64,000 nt of DNA from contig OY970280.1 in assembly GCA_963715865.1 (NCBI GenBank), positions 320,001 through 384,000 of the forward strand, given 5' to 3'. Position 1 is the stretch's first letter. Each line of letters begins with the position of its first letter. Origin of the DNA: Candidatus Bathyarchaeota archaeon. Lineage in GTDB: Archaea > Thermoproteota > Bathyarchaeia > Bathyarchaeales > Bathycorpusculaceae. This document shows, in pieces, positions 48,587 through 57,288 of this stretch. The translations under genes and the position numbers were made by a program. The notes beneath the pieces were generated by a model that was not told where the DNA came from, ran no database searches, and saw only the letters and a program-made list of their open reading frames with translations.

Positions 48587-50197
48587 TTGGGGCTGACTTT
48601 GAAAAAGACGATAGTCGTTGTAATTCTTGCAGCCTTAACTTTAGCTGCGTTTAGCATGTTGTGGGCACCGAGTGTGAGAGCGAATACTTCCGAAGCCAAG
48701 GTTCTCAGTTACAGTTGGCACGTTGCCCCCGCAGACACTGTTACAGCAGAGTATGTTGGTGATTTGGTTGCGGTCGGTGAGATACAAAATGTAGGTTTAA
48801 ATGTCATAGGGTACGTGGATGTTGACGGATTTGCTTACAATTCTAAGGGACAGCTTTTGGATTCGGCGACCGGTGTAGTATATGGAAACAGTTTGCTTCC
48901 TGGGCAGAAAGCTCCTTTCTACTTGGATTTTACTGCTCAGAGTAGCACTAGCCAAGACCTAAGCTGGGTCTCTTCAGTTAGTACTGTTACCGTTTCAGTT
49001 AGTTCCGTTGAGGATACTACTGCGACTCAGTATTCAGGTTTGACGATTCCAAATCCTGGAGGTAACACTTCTTACATCGACAGCAATGGCACCTACACTG
49101 TTTATGGAACACTGGTGAACAACGGCAGCCAAGCGGCTGTAGATCCTTGGGTTGTAGCAACATTTTATAACGCTGCCGGGACGGTTATAGGTTTGAATTA
49201 CACCAACTACTTAACTGACTCGCTTGCGCCTGGTGAGACGGTAAGGTTTTTTGCAACACCCACGGATAACACAGCTCAATTATCAAGTGAAATAGCAAGT
49301 TATTCTTTACTGATTCAGTCCGAGCCGCTAACGACTTCAACGTCGCCCACTCCAACTCCAACGTCAACGTCAATTCCAACGTCAACGCCTACGCCAACAC
49401 TTTCTCCAACTTCGACAGCTAAGCCTACGCCCACATTTTCACCTGCTCCAACTTCTACACCTGTGGTATCGTCGACTTTCTGGTCACAAAACCAGCTAAC
49501 GCTAATTTCAGTTGCAGTTGTAGTAGTGGTGGGAGCTCTCGTTCCCAGCGTTTATTATAGTCGCCTGAAACCTTCACGACACAACAAATGCAGTAAATTG
49601 GTCGCTAAGGGTGAGGATCTGGTTAAGAAAAATGATTTACCTCAAGCTGTAGAGTGCTTTGCGAGGGCAAGCATTGTAGGTTTCAAAACGAAATCTTATG
49701 ATGCTGCAGCAAACGCCTTAGAACGGTACACTGCAACAGCAAAAGCTTTAATCATTAAATCCTTTTTAGGCGGAGCCAAACCTGAAGCCTATGAACGCGT
49801 CAGCAAATTGCAAAGTGAAATCGCAAAGGTCACCTCAGATAAGAATATGCAAACCTCGATTGGCGGTTCTAACATTGAACAGGTTAGTTTACTTGAGGGT
49901 GTTAGGGGTCTTGATTTGCTCATTGCCAAGGCACGCGAAAATGACCTGGATTTTATGATTGATGAAGCTTTGAAGGCTCCTGAAGTAGAACACGCTTTTC
50001 TCGGAGCATTCAACGGTTCAGATGAGGTTGAGATAGTGGATTTAGCTGCAAAGTTAGGATACAGCGTAGAGGCAGCGTTCAGGCTTCTGTCAAAATGCAT
50101 TAATTTAAAGAAGATTGAAGGCTACCTCACAAGCGACAGCAAAAAGTTCATCTCAAAAGAATACGTGCAAAAACAACTATCAACCCATCTAAAATAG
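48587..50197 (+). CDS. Single-pass receptor-like protein: two FxLYD-type ectodomains, PT-rich stalk, TM, TPR-like helices, C-terminal wHTH
   Basis: Signal peptide; VGEIQN and VYGTLVNN..VVATFYNAAG..LAPGE repeats; TPTP linker; IEGYLTSDSKKFISKE. Confidence 0.8.
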   Translation: MGLTLKKTIVVVILAALTLAAFSMLWAPSVRANTSEAKVLSYSWHVAPADTVTAEYVGDLVAVGEIQNVGLNVIGYVDVDGFAYNSKGQLLDSATGVVYGNSLLPGQKAPFYLDFTAQSSTSQDLSWVSSVSTVTVSVSSVEDTTATQYSGLTIPNPGGNTSYIDSNGTYTVYGTLVNNGSQAAVDPWVVATFYNAAGTVIGLNYTNYLTDSLAPGETVRFFATPTDNTAQLSSEIASYSLLIQSEPLTTSTSPTPTPTSTSIPTSTPTPTLSPTSTAKPTPTFSPAPTSTPVVSSTFWSQNQLTLISVAVVVVVGALVPSVYYSRLKPSRHNKCSKLVAKGEDLVKKNDLPQAVECFARASIVGFKTKSYDAAANALERYTATAKALIIKSFLGGAKPEAYERVSKLQSEIAKVTSDKNMQTSIGGSNIEQVSLLEGVRGLDLLIAKARENDLDFMIDEALKAPEVEHAFLGAFNGSDEVEIVDLAAKLGYSVEAAFRLLSKCINLKKIEGYLTSDSKKFISKEYVQKQLSTHLK

Positions 50198-50235
50198 CGC
50201 GAGACCGAGAAAAAGCTCTTAAAAAACCAATGACG

Positions 50236-51666
50236 CTAATATTTTAATAGCAACGCCTCAAGGTTTTTTCTCAGGCCATTTTTGGAAAGGTATTTTTCTC
50301 CGTCAAGTGTCATGTACCCATAGACATTTCCATGCTGTATGCTTCTTAGCAGGAACTTTTTTGTGACATCAAGGCTAAACCCGAGGCTATATGCCAAATC
50401 AGCTAAAGCTATTTCGTCTTTATCCTGAAGCAGAATTAAGAGCTTTTTCTCGGTCTCTATGCGCGCGTGCGTGCGTGATATAAGCAACCCAGCAATAATG
50501 GCGATAATCGCAATTACAACTACCATAACTACAATAATGCTTAGAGATGACGAATTTATGGGCAATGAGATGACGGATGGGGTTGAGGATGGGGTTGAGG
50601 TTACAATTAGGTTACCGGTCCCAGTGCTTGACAAATATTCTGTGCTTCCGGCGAACGAGGCGGTGATAACACATGTCTGGGGAGCGACATTGATGTTGTA
50701 TGATAATACTGCGTTCCCAGACGAGCCGGTAATCGCTGTCCCTATTGATGTTTGCCCGATGCTGAAGCTTATCTGCTCGTTTGCCACTGGATTTCCATTG
50801 TCATCTAAAAGCTGAGCCGTTATAATGGTTGACGCACCTTCGTTGGCAACCGAAGGATTTGTACTCACTGTTATTTTTGTTCCTAATTGCGTTACACTTA
50901 CTTGAGCACTGAAGTTTTCAGCATGGGAGGTTCCCTCAAAATCGTTATAGCTTATTTGAAAACTAACAGTTACTGTACCTGTGGATAATGTGTTGGGTGC
51001 CACAACTGAAAAGCTGGTTGATTCAGTTCCTTGACTTGAGATGTCTCCTAAATCTGTCGAAATAGGCGTTATTTGTAGACCGCTTGAATCCTGAATAGAA
51101 ATGGACGTTTTATACATTATGTCGTTTCCACCATTTTGGAAACTCACTGCCCAATTAGTACCAGCTATTTTTCCCGTTTCTACGGAAATCTGAGCGGGCT
51201 GCCAGTTAGCAACGAAGAGTTTCACTACTTGAATATTGAAAGTTTTAGAATCTTCAAGATAATATGTTCCTGAGCTGTCCCACCATAATTCCACTCTACA
51301 ACTTAGGGTAGTTGGACCAATTGGATTGAAAGTCCATTGTCGTCCATCCGCGGTCCCTTTTAGGTCGTAGTTCTCGTTTGAAGTATATGTCAAAGCATTA
51401 TTTTCGTAGAATTTAATGTATAAATCTGCTCCGAGAACACCGCAATTGCTGTTTTGATATGTTGCATGAATTGTAGTTAGTTGTCCGTCATAAACTTGAG
51501 CGGTTCCTCCATTCAAAAGATTGATTGTACCATTTCCATTGGTGACATCGATTGCATTAAAAGACGCATCGTAATATGGCTGCGCATGAACAGGTTGAAC
51601 TAAGACAAGAATGCTGCTTAGTGCAAATAACGAGATTGCGAGAAAAACGAGTAATCCTTTTTCCAT
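50236..51666 (-). CDS. Single-pass receptor-like protein: Ig/CARDB ectodomains, TM, C-terminal wHTH
   Basis: Signal peptide, FQNGG..., Big-like LLDDNGNPVAN, TM, GYMTLDGEKYLS. Confidence 0.8.
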   Translation of the reverse strand: MEKGLLVFLAISLFALSSILVLVQPVHAQPYYDASFNAIDVTNGNGTINLLNGGTAQVYDGQLTTIHATYQNSNCGVLGADLYIKFYENNALTYTSNENYDLKGTADGRQWTFNPIGPTTLSCRVELWWDSSGTYYLEDSKTFNIQVVKLFVANWQPAQISVETGKIAGTNWAVSFQNGGNDIMYKTSISIQDSSGLQITPISTDLGDISSQGTESTSFSVVAPNTLSTGTVTVSFQISYNDFEGTSHAENFSAQVSVTQLGTKITVSTNPSVANEGASTIITAQLLDDNGNPVANEQISFSIGQTSIGTAITGSSGNAVLSYNINVAPQTCVITASFAGSTEYLSSTGTGNLIVTSTPSSTPSVISLPINSSSLSIIVVMVVVIAIIAIIAGLLISRTHARIETEKKLLILLQDKDEIALADLAYSLGFSLDVTKKFLLRSIQHGNVYGYMTLDGEKYLSKNGLRKNLEALLLKY

Positions 51667-51881
51667 GGTTACCGCTGCATAGCCTATATTTGCTAGAACT
51701 TAACTTAAAACTTTTCACGCGCGCGAAAGTGTTCATTAATTCATTTTTGGCTTGATTTCGTAAATTGAGCCTTTTTCAAGCTTTTAATACGTGAACGCAG
51801 CTATGCTGTTTGCCGGTTCAGGCGCACGGGCAAGTTAAATAATTATTTAGAAGAGCCTGATCTCTTCATTTTGACCTTAAA

Positions 51882-52292
51882 ATGGAGAAATCAGGTTCTC
51901 CTACGCTTCTATTCGCGAACTTGGATTTAAAACCTCTTCAACCCATACTCTGGAAAGGTCTACACACCGAGGGAGCAGGGCGGCCAGTAGAATACGATCC
52001 AGCATGCGACCTGCGAGCATTGATGCTTCGTCAACTAGTGCAGATACCCTACGTTAAAGACCTGGTCAAGCGACTTAAACGAGAACAAAAACTGCGTTCT
52101 GCCTGCGGATACCACGACAAAGCCCCCACTGAAGCTCATTTCTCACAGATGAAGAAGCGCGTAGGCGTTGAAGGCTTTAAGCAAATAGAGAAGTGGCTAC
52201 GGCACGAAGCCTTAAGGCTCAAACACAATGATCGCGTAACTCTTGTTCAAAACAGCGACAATCCGTTAACCATCACTTTTAAAGAAAGGTAG
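51882..52292 (+). pseudogene. Truncated IS5/IS1182-like transposase (DUF772-type N-terminus only)
   Basis: GAGRP...DLRALMLRQL...RLKR..LRSACG...PTEAHFSQMKKRVG; no DDE domain. Confidence 0.8.
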
Positions 52293-53505
52293 AAACCCAA
52301 AACATTAGTGTTTTACTAGGCAGAGCTTCAATATTTTTTCTTAAGCCGTTTCTAGAGATGTACTTTTCCTCGTCAAGGGTAATGTAACCGTATAGGTTGC
52401 TGCGCGTTAAGCTTCTTCTGAGGAACTTTTTTGTAATGTTGAGGCTAAACCCAAGGCTGTATGCTAAATCAGCTAAAGCTATTTCATCTGTATACCTAAG
52501 TAGAATTAAGAGTTTTCTATCGGTTGCTGATATGAAATCTTTTGTAACGGGGTCGCTTATCGCGTCCAGATCTTTCGTCTCAAGCTGTTCGATTAAGATT
52601 CGCCGAGCTCGAAATGTGGTCAGGTATTGAGTTGCGAAAGCAGTTGGGATTCCAATAAGGCCTATTAGTAGAGTAGCCATTCCAATCATTAGAAATCCGT
52701 AACCGAAATGGTTCTCAATTGAAGCAGCTGCCCATGCATTAGCAACAATTGAGCCGACAAAAGATGAACCTATTGCGAAACCGATAATCCATAAGCTGCC
52801 AAATAACACTTTTTCTTTAACCCGAATCGGCTTTTCCGCTTTAACTTGCTCTATGTATCTTTTAATGGTGGCATTAATGACTCCGAAGGCTCCCAAACTA
52901 ATGGTGAATATGCCGACCAGCAGTGTTCCAAAACCAACGTAATTCGCTACCGTATATTTTGCCCATTCATTACCAGTCACAGACCCTATAAGGAACATTA
53001 CAATTCCACAGGCTACGGCTAACACGCCGTTAAACAGAGGGGTGCTATGTTTTGCCCCTAGGACATAGGCGGTGGCGATTCCTACCACGCCCAGGATAAG
53101 AGCAGCCGATCCGACCATTAACATTCCAAAGCCAAAGTAGTTTTCGATAGTGAATTTTGCCCATGTGCTGCCTGTCAACGAGCCAACGATAAAGAGGGCA
53201 ACTCCACAAGCAAAAAGATGCAATTTTTGAAACAAGGACTTTAAAGATGATAATTCGGAGAACCGGCTCGGTAGCCATCTGGGAATTCTTTTTTCTCTTG
53301 CCAAGATTGTTTTAAAAATTCCCTCTGCCAATAGGAAGATCCCTAAAACGATGAAGACTATTCCCGCCGAGAGAATTCCGAAGCCTACGTAGTTTTCGAT
53401 GGTGAACTTTGCCCAACTCTTACAGGCATCTGACCCTGCAGCCGAAAAAACTATTCCGGCAATAATAGCGCTTAAACCGCTAAGCAAGGGCTTTTGTAGT
53501 TTCAA
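52279..53505 (-). CDS. Polytopic membrane protein with four internal repeats and a C-terminal wHTH
   Basis: Four GS....WAK(F/Y)T(I/V).N(Y/H).G(F/Y)G repeats; wHTH 75% identical (48/64 aa) to that of 50236..51666. Confidence 0.8.
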   Translation of the reverse strand: MKLQKPLLSGLSAIIAGIVFSAAGSDACKSWAKFTIENYVGFGILSAGIVFIVLGIFLLAEGIFKTILAREKRIPRWLPSRFSELSSLKSLFQKLHLFACGVALFIVGSLTGSTWAKFTIENYFGFGMLMVGSAALILGVVGIATAYVLGAKHSTPLFNGVLAVACGIVMFLIGSVTGNEWAKYTVANYVGFGTLLVGIFTISLGAFGVINATIKRYIEQVKAEKPIRVKEKVLFGSLWIIGFAIGSSFVGSIVANAWAAASIENHFGYGFLMIGMATLLIGLIGIPTAFATQYLTTFRARRILIEQLETKDLDAISDPVTKDFISATDRKLLILLRYTDEIALADLAYSLGFSLNITKKFLRRSLTRSNLYGYITLDEEKYISRNGLRKNIEALPSKTLMFWVSTFL

Positions 53506-53598
53506 GGTGCCGTACTCTCTATTGTATCGGTTATTAATTGAGTGTATGAGGCTTTAAACATATAACGTTTAAGATGATTGTGTACTAGTTTTTGCTTG

Positions 53599-53841
53599 TC
53601 AGGTTACTGCTGTTTGATTCTGCTTTTTTGAAAAAACCGCCAAAATAACAGTTGCCAATATAAGCACCAAGAGTACTGCACCGAAAATAATGAGTGGAAT
53701 CCTAAAGGCTGGCTCGGAATGCAGAACCGTAGTTGAAGGTAGACCTCCCAAATAAGCCGCTAAGAAAATACCCACGAAAACGGCGCCTATTCCTTGAAGG
53801 GAGAATAAAACTGTGGTTAATTTTTTGTTAGCTAATGTCAT
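53599..53841 (-). CDS. Small two-TM membrane protein
   Basis: Two hydrophobic segments; GGTGA-type RBS context. Confidence 0.65.
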   Translation of the reverse strand: MTLANKKLTTVLFSLQGIGAVFVGIFLAAYLGGLPSTTVLHSEPAFRIPLIIFGAVLLVLILATVILAVFSKKQNQTAVT

Positions 53842-54020
53842 TTAAGGTCACTTCTTTGAGCTTTGTCGGTTTACTGATTAAGAGTAAATTTGTATTTAAC
53901 ATTAACCTTTCTCTTGTTTGAAAGAAGAAAGTCTGTAACTCCAAAAGTAGACTGCGTTAAACCGCAAATATAATATACTTAAAGAGAACGCAGTTTTCTC
54001 ATAATTGCCGGTTAAAGGTT

Positions 54021-54968
54021 ATGACTGAACAAAAGTTCTATTCGCCGCTAAAAATAGGATTACTTATAGTCGTGTTATCTTATTTCCTGTTCACTTTACA
54101 CGCAACGTTTACCCTCTCATGGATTGGCGAGTGGAACCGTATAACAGGGTCATTTTCATTCACAATTTTCGTTGAAGACATTTCCGCATTCATTGGACTT
54201 ATTTTCAGATTCGCAGCCAGCATCATAGCTTTTGCGGCAATCATCTTTTACTTTGCCAAGAAGAATCTTTCAAAACCCGCAACGTACAAGATACTGAGGT
54301 GGATTTTGATTTTTGAGGGAATTTATTGGTTGGGGCTTCTTGCAACCGGAGTAGCGAGTGTTCAAAGCTTAGTGCAGATGGGTTTAGGCAATCAACCGGT
54401 AATCACCTTGCTAAGCTCATTGGCGATAAGTGTTATTCCCAGTTTGGTAGAATCCATAGTTCCTCCCATTGCCCTATTCATACTGGCTTTCGAGTTAAAC
54501 CCAAACAAGCCTATCAAGAAAGCGATAAAATGGGGATTAATTACAGGCGCAGTCTACATTTTCGTTTTCTGGCTAACTAACACAAGCATGTGGTTTGTAA
54601 CCTTGACGTATGAGAAACCAATTGGGTATCTAACCTCCTACCCGCAAAACCTGCTTAGCTTCATCTTAACCACATTCGGATTACTAGCATTGGCAATTTA
54701 CACAGCATACTTTACCAAAAAATCCAGCGGAGCAGAATCCTTGCAAGCGCTGAACCTGAAAACCGTAGGAGCTATCATCATAGCGCTTGGAATGTACTTT
54801 CTCTGGAACTATTTAACATGGATTTTCTTTGGAGGCAATTACCTGTGGAGCGACTGGTATGCATGGTTTCTGGGGCATAACATGGACTTGTGGATGCTTT
54901 CACTTCCGCTCCTCGGCTTACCACTGCTTTTCACCAATAGGCTTTCAAAAGAAAATAATTCCAAATAG
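54021..54968 (+). CDS. Polytopic membrane protein, unknown function
   Basis: About eight TM segments, Trp-rich. Confidence 0.75.
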   Translation: MTEQKFYSPLKIGLLIVVLSYFLFTLHATFTLSWIGEWNRITGSFSFTIFVEDISAFIGLIFRFAASIIAFAAIIFYFAKKNLSKPATYKILRWILIFEGIYWLGLLATGVASVQSLVQMGLGNQPVITLLSSLAISVIPSLVESIVPPIALFILAFELNPNKPIKKAIKWGLITGAVYIFVFWLTNTSMWFVTLTYEKPIGYLTSYPQNLLSFILTTFGLLALAIYTAYFTKKSSGAESLQALNLKTVGAIIIALGMYFLWNYLTWIFFGGNYLWSDWYAWFLGHNMDLWMLSLPLLGLPLLFTNRLSKENNSK

Positions 54969-55057
54969 CATGACACTGTAACTGGAGTATATGCGCCAAG
55001 CAACATTTTTTCATACTCTTAATTAAATAGGGAAAACATTGTCATTTCAGGTGCTTA

Positions 55058-55393
55058 ATGATGACGGAGAAAAAAGGTAAAGCTCAGGATAGTCGTGATG
55101 CGTGTGTTAGGGCTATTGCCGAAGAGTTAAAGAAGGATAAGTGGGAGGTTAATGCGAACTTGGAGGGTTGGGGAAAGCCTTCACAGGTTGGACCTTTTGT
55201 TCCTGATGTTGAAGCCAAGAAAGGTTGTCTTAACCGTATTTGCCAGGTTGTTACTGAGGAAATGTTTGAAGGCAACAAGAAGCGGTATATTGAGTTTAAG
55301 AATTACTGCGACGAATATGACTTCCACTTTTACGTGGTAGATAAGGATGGCAAGCGTAGGCAGATTGATCCTGAAACATTTGGGAAAAAATAG
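55058..55393 (+). CDS. Small protein, possible PD-(D/E)xK nuclease fold
   Basis: FVPDVEAKKG then beta-alpha; AGGTG RBS. Confidence 0.55.
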   Translation: MMTEKKGKAQDSRDACVRAIAEELKKDKWEVNANLEGWGKPSQVGPFVPDVEAKKGCLNRICQVVTEEMFEGNKKRYIEFKNYCDEYDFHFYVVDKDGKRRQIDPETFGKK

Positions 55394-55440
55394 CGCTATA
55401 ACATAGATGCACTATAGATAAATCAATGAGCAAAGCGTAT

Positions 55441-55932
55441 CTATGTCGCTTGCCTAAATGATTGAAATCTTCGCGCTCTCGAGAGATAATATATCTGCAC
55501 TATGGTAATCACTATCCACACGATTATCAATGCAGTTACTATCAACCTTATTTCCCAGCTCTGGACAAAAAGATTCACCAATATTAAAACAACAAACAAG
55601 ACAGCCGTAATCATCCGCGTTACTCTCAGCGTAAGCATGCTTCTTCGTGCGCCCCAAGCTGTGCCACCTTCGCCTCTGACGCTCCTCTGCTCTTCTATCT
55701 GCTTCAATCGTTCCTCTGACAGATAGTACTTGCCGTCCACCTGGACAAAAATGCCGGTGCGACCAAGCCTTCTCTTCATAGCTTCCTCAAAACGTGGTGG
55801 AAGACCTAGTTCCTCTGCAGTCATTGCCTTGTCTGGACTCACGGCTCCTTTTTGGCGAAATCTCTCGACTACTTCGTACAGCCGCCTTCTCATTTCTTCG
55901 CGTTGATTAAACAAACCAATTCCAACGTGCAT
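55441..55932 (-). CDS. wHTH plus two C-terminal TM helices
   Basis: AMTAEELGL...GIFVQVDGKYYLSEERL then two TM segments. Confidence 0.7.
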   Translation of the reverse strand: MHVGIGLFNQREEMRRRLYEVVERFRQKGAVSPDKAMTAEELGLPPRFEEAMKRRLGRTGIFVQVDGKYYLSEERLKQIEEQRSVRGEGGTAWGARRSMLTLRVTRMITAVLFVVLILVNLFVQSWEIRLIVTALIIVWIVITIVQIYYLSRARRFQSFRQAT

Positions 55933-55938
55933 TAGCTT

Positions 55939-56166
55939 TTATTCGCTTTCTTCTTTCGTGTCCTCTAAGCCGCGCATGATTTTGTTTGCGAATTCTCTCA
56001 TCAGGTCTGCTTTGACTAGTGCTAGGCCACGCCTGTTTTTGCCTGCCATGACGAGCAATAGGTCGCCTGGTTTGATGTTGAGTTCTTTTCTGGCTTTGGA
56101 GGGAATGACTATCTGGCCTCTGTCGCCAACTGTGACGGCTCCATAGACGTAAGCTTCTTCACTCAT
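55939..56166 (-). CDS. AbrB/MazE/SpoVT family DNA-binding protein
   Basis: VTVGDRGQIVIPSKARKELNIKPGD; start set at ATG 56166. Confidence 0.9.
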   Translation of the reverse strand: MSEEAYVYGAVTVGDRGQIVIPSKARKELNIKPGDLLLVMAGKNRRGLALVKADLMREFANKIMRGLEDTKEESE

Positions 56167-56284
56167 ACTAATCACACTTTTCTTACTTTTCACACAAATA
56201 TGAAACTGCGCATTTAAGGCTATCAGTAACTCCATTTTTGATAACTTTTAAAAGCAGCAAAACATCAAACAATTTGACCCAACA

Positions 56285-56941
56285 ATGCACAAATCAGCCA
56301 TCCTTGCAATCCTCCTAACCATGCTCATCTTAACCGCATCATTATCAGTAGCTTTCGCTGATGTCTTCGTTGGCGCGAAGAAAGGCGACTGGATAGAATA
56401 CCAAGTAACAGAAACAGGCAATCCAACCCCAGACTTCAACATAACGTGGGCAAGAATGGACGTCACCGCCGTTCAAGGCGAAGCCATAAACGTAAGCGTT
56501 CAAACTCGATATGCAAACGGAACGCTATATCCAGAACCCAAAGTACTCCTCAACCTGGCGACAGGCGCCATCGGAGACGGCTTCTTTGTACCTGCAAACC
56601 TCAACATTGGCGACCAATTCTACAGTGAATACCAAGGCAACATAACCATAACAAGCGTTTGGCAACAAGAGGTTGGAGGCGCAATGCGAACCGTTGTCTC
56701 AGCTACTTCAAACCAGACCACCTATTACTGGGACAGGCAAACAGGCATCCTTGTCAGTGCAACCACTTCATTTCCAAGCTTTACGCTTTTCACAAAGACG
56801 AGCGGAACAAACATTTGGCAGCCGCAAATTCTCGGATTGGATTCCACCGTGTTTTATGCACTTATAGTTGCGGTAATCGTAGCCTTGGTGGCTATTGTTG
56901 CAATTTTCGTTTGGCACAAGAAAATGCACGTAAAAAGCTAA
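56285..56941 (+). CDS. Secreted protein with C-terminal membrane anchor
   Basis: Signal peptide, KKGDWIEY, YYWDRQTGILV, C-terminal TM. Confidence 0.75.
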   Translation: MHKSAILAILLTMLILTASLSVAFADVFVGAKKGDWIEYQVTETGNPTPDFNITWARMDVTAVQGEAINVSVQTRYANGTLYPEPKVLLNLATGAIGDGFFVPANLNIGDQFYSEYQGNITITSVWQQEVGGAMRTVVSATSNQTTYYWDRQTGILVSATTSFPSFTLFTKTSGTNIWQPQILGLDSTVFYALIVAVIVALVAIVAIFVWHKKMHVKS

Positions 56942-57288
56942 TTTCTTGGGCAATCGAGAAAGTATGAATTTAAGGAAAAAATTAAACTCGTGCTTTTGAT
57001 GTTTACTTTAGGAATTGTTAAGTATAGTTTATGTATAATTTAATTTAGCGGCGATTACACATGGTGAACTGTTAATTTTAGTTACCGCTGTTGTGCAGTT
57101 TGAGATTACGCGGTAGGTAAAGTTTTGAGCGATAGAGGTATACTTTTAGGTAGACAATTTAGCGAGTAAAAAGAGCTATTTTTAGAGTTGGCACAAGCAG
57201 CTTCGTTATAATGCCAGCTAACACAATTGCCGTCTAGTTATGCTAAAGCTTATAGGTAGCCTGCTGAATAGCCAAGAATAGAAGAAAA

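Noticed and set aside
49335-49465. Tandem ACTCCA/ACGTCA-type repeats
   Set aside because: They encode the Pro/Thr/Ser stalk of the FxLYD protein; ordinary coding low complexity.
46321-51730. Integron attC sites as the explanation for the GC palindromes
   Set aside because: No RYYYAAC...GTTRRRY boundaries and no integron integrase; similarity to IS ends explains them better.
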